Both the position numbers and the translations under genes were made by a program. Below, piece by piece: positions 59,049 to 64,000 of a DNA stretch of 64,000 nt. The notes under the pieces are model-generated. The model made no database searches. It saw nothing but the letters and a program-made list of their open reading frames with translations, and was not told the DNA's origin. Location: the NCBI GenBank assembly GCA_047947115.1, contig CP170459.1, positions 288,001-352,000 of the forward strand, in the 5' to 3' direction. Position 1 is the stretch's first letter. Each line of letters begins with the position of its first letter. This DNA is from Verrucomicrobiota bacterium (GTDB lineage Bacteria; Verrucomicrobiota; Verrucomicrobiia; Limisphaerales; AAA164-E04).

Positions 59049-61136
59049 CTACATTGATATTTTATCATAAACAATAAATTGGTTCGGCTCACCACTACCA
59101 TTATACCAAACACCTCTCCTTTGTTCATACCATTTATTTTCTGCGACTTTGTAAATTGAATGGTATGTCCCATTAGCATGGTAACTATAAAAATGAGTCA
59201 AACCATTTTTAACTTCTAATTTCATTGGACATACAACTTTCCACATTAATTGACCTTCTGCATTGTATACTTCCAATTGCTCCGTATTTAACGAGATACG
59301 CTTGATACGATAGCTACCATTTTCCATATCAGCTCTCCAAACGCCAGTAAGCTTCTTCCATTCTTGTTCGACAGGATTGTACTTACGATCAGCTCGTAGA
59401 ACTATTTGATAAGAAGGACCTCTTTCCATTATTCGAAGTGCATTCCAGTCCATATTTGGTTCTCGCAACATTTGTATACCTTTTTGTGCAATTTCTGCAA
59501 ACGTTTCATTTACATTTTCTGATGTGGTATCCTTAAAATGTGCGGTCATAAACTCATGATTAACCTTTTCACGTGTTGAGGAAACCAATTTATGTAATCC
59601 CCAACCTTTGATATTGTTATCCAATGATATGACAAGGTTCCAAAACGGTTTTGCAATATTCAACTCAGCGTTTACATATTGCTGCGTCAACCCATTTAAT
59701 GGTGTCATGTGATCATGTTCTATCAAATCAACGTTGATAATACTGGCGTTTTCTTCCCAAACTTGATCCACGATATGATACGTATCGCTACCTGCATCTT
59801 GAAATAATTGCTTGGTTTTCTGCCACAATTCTTGTCGATCGCCTACTAATGCTAAATCTAAATTATTCCAAGATTCTGAATCTTGCATATCTTCATATGA
59901 ACCGTAAACCTGCACAGTCGCGAAATTGGGTTCTCCATCTTTATGATTACTCAATTTATTTAATTGCCAAAGGTGAAGAATTCCTTTTTGCATTCTTTGC
60001 TCGTGTAACATTTTCCATTTAGATTCGGCCTCGAGGTAAGCCGGAATATCTTCATCTTTAACTTTTTTGTAATCAAGTTTCACAAATCCGGTGAACTTTT
60101 TAGCTTCTGATGCTCGTTTAAAGTAGGAACGGTACTGAGTATCCTCGTTTTCGAGAATGTCGGAATCAGCCTCTGGTTCCACTTTTGTCAGAATATAACC
60201 TTGCCCATTGTATTTGTAATCTCCGTTTATCTTTGACTGCCACCGAGCGTGTATTTTGTTCTCACTGATAAATCTTCTTACCAGCCTTCCCTCGCCTTGA
60301 CGTTGCCCCAAAGTGAATGGATCTATAAAGTCCCATCCACCAGTTTGCGCAATACCATTACGATTTACGGACCAAATAATTATTTCGCCGGTATTGGGAT
60401 TCTTTTTACTGATGTTGAAGCCTGCTTCGTTTACTTCTCCTGCTTCGTTGTAAAAAACCCACTTTTCCAATAAGCAGTTGCCTAAATCCCATTTTTGAAA
60501 CTCTATTTCTAGGTTTCGGACGCCAGCTTCGTTGTATGATTCCCATTTACCGATTAAATCATTAAACCTATCATCTAGGATGGGCATTTTACTTCTGTTT
60601 ATGATTAACTCACCAACCTCCACTGGCTTATAATCTATTTTTTCGCTCTCCTCGGGTGAACTTAATTGGCCAAAGAACTTGCCACCAACAACAACATCCT
60701 CAGTCCATGATTCTTTTTTATCTACGGTCGTATTCCATGCATTATGAATGCTACCAGAAGCAATGCCATTTGTTGTGACACCTGAAAATATTACCTTACT
60801 TGAATTTTCTTTGAATAGCTCGTTCGCTATCCCATATGCCCCGTCACTACCCGTCCACAGTCTGTTTCCTATGTTGTTAGTTGTGGGCAATTGATAAATG
60901 TTCCACACTGATATAGGTTCGTGAGTAGTAGGATCAACTGTAACCGAAGTTATTCGGTTAATTCCCACTTCAGCATCCTTATAAACCCAAGTATATCCAG
61001 ACTCTGGATTACCATCATTATTAGTCTTTTTCCATTTCCACGTTCCGTGCAATGGATGATCCTGAGCTGATAATGGAACTGAATGTAGACAATTGGCTAA
61101 TAAAACGCATTTAATTATTAGTAAAATGTTTTTCAT
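59049..61136 (-). CDS. Secreted multidomain hypothetical protein (~695 aa)
   Basis: Signal peptide from MKNILL (SA-QD); three L.G.W-initiated beta modules and two YxxAE...W.L modules. Confidence 0.8.
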   Translation of the reverse strand: MKNILLIIKCVLLANCLHSVPLSAQDHPLHGTWKWKKTNNDGNPESGYTWVYKDAEVGINRITSVTVDPTTHEPISVWNIYQLPTTNNIGNRLWTGSDGAYGIANELFKENSSKVIFSGVTTNGIASGSIHNAWNTTVDKKESWTEDVVVGGKFFGQLSSPEESEKIDYKPVEVGELIINRSKMPILDDRFNDLIGKWESYNEAGVRNLEIEFQKWDLGNCLLEKWVFYNEAGEVNEAGFNISKKNPNTGEIIIWSVNRNGIAQTGGWDFIDPFTLGQRQGEGRLVRRFISENKIHARWQSKINGDYKYNGQGYILTKVEPEADSDILENEDTQYRSYFKRASEAKKFTGFVKLDYKKVKDEDIPAYLEAESKWKMLHEQRMQKGILHLWQLNKLSNHKDGEPNFATVQVYGSYEDMQDSESWNNLDLALVGDRQELWQKTKQLFQDAGSDTYHIVDQVWEENASIINVDLIEHDHMTPLNGLTQQYVNAELNIAKPFWNLVISLDNNIKGWGLHKLVSSTREKVNHEFMTAHFKDTTSENVNETFAEIAQKGIQMLREPNMDWNALRIMERGPSYQIVLRADRKYNPVEQEWKKLTGVWRADMENGSYRIKRISLNTEQLEVYNAEGQLMWKVVCPMKLEVKNGLTHFYSYHANGTYHSIYKVAENKWYEQRRGVWYNGSGEPNQFIVYDKISM

Positions 61137-62070
61137 TTTTTTGGTATGGTGTTTGTAGTGATTTTGAATAATTGAGGAATGTATGTAGGATATAAAGAAA
61201 GTGGATCTAATGGATGCCATATCTGCGATATGGTGCTGTTCTTATTGTTATCATTTGTAAAGGTTGCCTCGTTTGAATTAGCGGAGCTACAATGAAAGCA
61301 ATGCGGACCATTTAATTGACAATTTTCAAATTTACGACCTCTGCGTATTTTTGATTATTAGTTTAACGATGTGATCACATCGAAATAACTTATGAGACCC
61401 TATTCTTCGAGACAGAATAAGCAACTTTTAAATAAATATTTTAAAGATTTGTATGCTTAATTACGTATTGGTTATTTTTTTCTTCATATTCTTCTTTTTT
61501 TTCTTTTATTTGTCACGTATAGTGAGACAACCAATTGTTTTGCAATAATGCAGTATCTGATACGTTTCTAATGGCAGCAATTACCCTTGCTAACAGAAAT
61601 TTACTGCGAGAATCTTTAATTCAATTTTAAATAAGGACAGAAAGGAGGAAAAAAACATTGCCATGAATTTCTCCTCGGGGTTGTTTCAATTGTGCCTCGC
61701 ATCACAACGAAACTAAGGCCTGAAAATCACAAAAGTCTGAGGCATATGAGATGGATTGTATCCATACAATATCAACTTGCGCTAATAATTTGAGGAGAAA
61801 GCCGCAGATACAGCTTTCTCCTCTAGTGGGGAGGTTGTTCATTGCGAAACAACTATTAAACGAGCCTGATGTTGATAAGGAATCTATCAACGCCCTTAGG
61901 ATGATATCATTTCACGCAATGTGCAATCTATTCTCCAACTTTTGACGTATATATTATATTATGCTATTTTATTTATTTTATCTAATTTATTTTGTCATTT
62001 CTTGAATTGATTACTTCAAATACGAAACTAAAAGTGATGCCTTTCTTTGAAACCTGATTAATTTGTTTGC

Positions 62071-62407
62071 TTTGTTTAGGGTGGAGTGGTGGAGCCTGTT
62101 CATCATTTTCCTGTAAATTTAATGATCAGCTCTGTTTACCATTAGCATTCACTCTTCCACGATTTACGCTACGCTTATTTCTTAAGGACGTCCACCAACA
62201 CAATACAAAATATCCCTGAGAATCTATGTATTACATTGTTGTTGTAAATGTTGCATGTTTTGTTCAGGGTGGAGTGGTGGACCCTGTTTTCTAATTAAAT
62301 GAAATTTTTAAATTTTAATGTATCAATGGATGGGGGGAATAGAGTGGATGTCCGGGGAATGCAAAATTCATGGTAAAACCAGAAACTAGCCCCACCACTC
62401 CACCCTA
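62071..62407. repeat. Iteron-like repeats: two direct 30-mers plus one inverted core
   Basis: TTTGTT(T/C)AGGGTGGAGTGGTGGA(G/C)CCTGTT at 62071-62100 and 62259-62288; CCACCACTCCACCCTA at 62392-62407. Confidence 0.8.
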
Positions 62408-62424
62408 CGAATACTACTTCACTT

Positions 62425-63772
62425 GGTTCTTCGACAAAAACAATGGAATTGAGCATTTGGAACTATCGTGAGATGATGGCTCCATGAATATTGAGAAGAC
62501 CATACATGGATTGCTGGGACTAGATGAGTGTTGGGAAGTTCGAGGCGTTGACTACGATTCTGAGACGGAAAAGTTTTTCATGGTTATTACTGAAACTGAC
62601 AAACTCTGGGAGAAAGAAGTTTGTCCCCATCAGACCTGCAAATCGTCTGGGATTACCTGTTACGATCACACCGAAACAAGGTCTTGGCGACATATGGATG
62701 TATTTGGAAAACGATCTGAAATTCTCTGCAATGTGCCTCGCGGCAAATGCCCATCTTGTCACCGAACCTATCGGGTTAAAGTTCCCTGGGAGGGTAAAGG
62801 AAAACATTTTACTCAGGCGTTTGAGGGGTTTGCGTTGGCATTGATGAGGGAGATGCCGGTTAGTAAAGCATCAGGACTGATTGGAGAGTGTGATCAACGC
62901 ATGTGGCGCATTCTTTTTGCCCATGTCGACGAAGCTTATTCCAAGTTGGATATGAGTGATGTAGTTTGGATCGGTGCGGACGAATTGTCTGCTCGCAAAG
63001 GGCATGATTACCTGACGGTGTTTGCTGATTTGATGGAGAAGCGAGTCATTTTTGCCACCGAGGGCAAAGACGCTGAAACATTCCAACGCTTTGCAGATGC
63101 GTTATATGCGCACAACGGACATCCAAAAGCGATCACTCAAGTTGCCATCGATATGAGTCCGGCCTATCAAAAGGGAGTAAGGGAGAATCTAGGCAACGCA
63201 GAGATTGTATTCGACAAGTATCATGCTGTGGCCATGGTCAATGACGCAGTCGATAAAGTGCGCAAAGCCGAAGCAAATCAAGGAGACAAGGATTCCAAAA
63301 AGGAGCTCAAAGCAAGTCGTTGGATATTTCGTAAAAATCCCTCCAATCTAACCAAGAGTCAAACCCAGCAGCTAGAGGAATTGGATTTGAAGAATTTAGT
63401 AACCGGAATCGCCTACCAGATGCGATTAAATTTCCAACAAGTCTATCGCAGTCGCAATGAGGTTACAGCGCGAAAAAACATGGTCAAATGGATAGGATGG
63501 GTAAAACGAAGGGCGAAAAATTCAGGGGACTTGTTGGAACCAATGATCAAGGTGGCAAACAGTATTGAACGTCACTTGGAAGGTATACTTGCTCATTGGA
63601 AAAAGAAACTGACCACAGCGTTCATGGAAGGATTGAATAGCGTTTTCAGCGCGGTCAAGCGGAAGGCCAGAGGTTTTCGCTCATCCGTATACATGACCAC
63701 TATGCTTTACTTTGTAGCCGGCAAACTCAGAATCCCGGCTTAATTTAATTCCACTGGAATTGTCGAAGAACC
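62425..63772 (+). mobile_element. ISL3-family IS, copy 3 (1348 bp), inverted relative to copies 1 and 2
   Basis: Same IRs; flanks CTTCACTT / AAACAAAT are not a direct repeat. Confidence 0.95.
62484..63743 (+). CDS. ISL3 transposase
   Basis: 419 aa, one residue (E>D) differs from copy 2. Confidence 0.95.
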   Translation: MNIEKTIHGLLGLDECWEVRGVDYDSETEKFFMVITETDKLWEKEVCPHQTCKSSGITCYDHTETRSWRHMDVFGKRSEILCNVPRGKCPSCHRTYRVKVPWEGKGKHFTQAFEGFALALMREMPVSKASGLIGECDQRMWRILFAHVDEAYSKLDMSDVVWIGADELSARKGHDYLTVFADLMEKRVIFATEGKDAETFQRFADALYAHNGHPKAITQVAIDMSPAYQKGVRENLGNAEIVFDKYHAVAMVNDAVDKVRKAEANQGDKDSKKELKASRWIFRKNPSNLTKSQTQQLEELDLKNLVTGIAYQMRLNFQQVYRSRNEVTARKNMVKWIGWVKRRAKNSGDLLEPMIKVANSIERHLEGILAHWKKKLTTAFMEGLNSVFSAVKRKARGFRSSVYMTTMLYFVAGKLRIPA

Positions 63773-63879
63773 AAACAAATCAATGAACGCTTTCAGATTC
63801 GTTTTTTACATCAAAAGGGCATTACACGAACTTTACTGACTGCATGATCACGCGAAAGTCATAAACAATATCAACATCT

Positions 63880-64000
63880 TCAAACATCGTGATCAGGCAC
63901 CAACTCATAGAACACCTTGGCATCAGCCTTCTTGGTCAAAGCCCTGTAATGTTTAAACAGAACAGAATCCTGTGTATGCCCCAGCATGGATGCAGTCTTG
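63880..64000 (-). CDS. 3' end of a second tyrosine integrase (partial)
   Basis: Hand translation KTASMLGHTQDSVLFKHYRALTKKADAKVFYELVPDHDV*: box-II LGH...Y motif. Confidence 0.75.
   Translation of the reverse strand, partial: KTASMLGHTQDSVLFKHYRALTKKADAKVFYELVPDHDV

Larger units (their letters stand above)
53722..64000. mobile_element. tRNA-Tyr-anchored integrative genomic island (right boundary beyond the window)
   Basis: Integrase directly after the tRNA, visibly AT-richer sequence, IS clustering, second integrase fragment. I saw no tRNA 3' repeat (att) in the window. Confidence 0.85.

Noticed and set aside
61702..61945. Short ORFs in the AT-rich island spacer
   Set aside because: No motifs or convincing RBS; possibly decayed sequence, but I cannot support a call.
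62071..62288. CRISPR mini-array from the 30-bp repeats
   Set aside because: The 158-bp spacing is far too long, and a third copy is inverted.
58069..62424. Integron cassette array
   Set aside because: I could not identify attC-like RYYYAAC...GTTRRRY structures, and neither integrase shows evidence of being IntI.
60..63086. Numerous short ORF-track entries antisense or out of frame to the called genes
   Set aside because: Shadow ORFs with no recognisable motifs that overlap well-supported genes.

Overview
Bacterial chromosomal window, most likely PVC-superphylum/Verrucomicrobia-like (inferred from a PEP-CTERM protein, a planctomycete-type cytochrome c/PSD1 protein, a sulfatase and the integrase type). 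Bases 1-53.6 kb are mostly housekeeping and accessory genes: an oxidative-stress module (oxyR/dps/ccp), pyrH-frr, ABC-F, lolCDE-like genes, a ClpX-like ATPase, a ferritin-like/ATP-grasp fusion, vapBC, rimO, an IS1182-like element, fabG-acpP-fabF, aas, hybrid kinases, a speY/DHS-like gene, tmk and cysS. From tRNA-Tyr(GTA) at 53637 onward lies an AT-rich integrative island with a degenerate tyrosine integrase, three ISL3 copies (two forming a 5-bp-spaced tandem dimer), two secreted cargo genes, iteron-like repeats and the 3' end of a second integrase. The best novel candidates are: (1) a ~180-nt structured small RNA with a sigma54 -24/-12 promoter and its own terminator, directly downstream of a sigma54 activator/giant hybrid kinase operon; (2) a ~190-nt three-way-junction RNA between frr and ABC-F; (3) the di-iron/ATP-grasp fusion enzyme. 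Several single-base lesions (oxyR amber stop, PEP-CTERM and kinase frameshifts, integrase start) could be real decay or assembly errors. All calls were made by eye, with no database searches.
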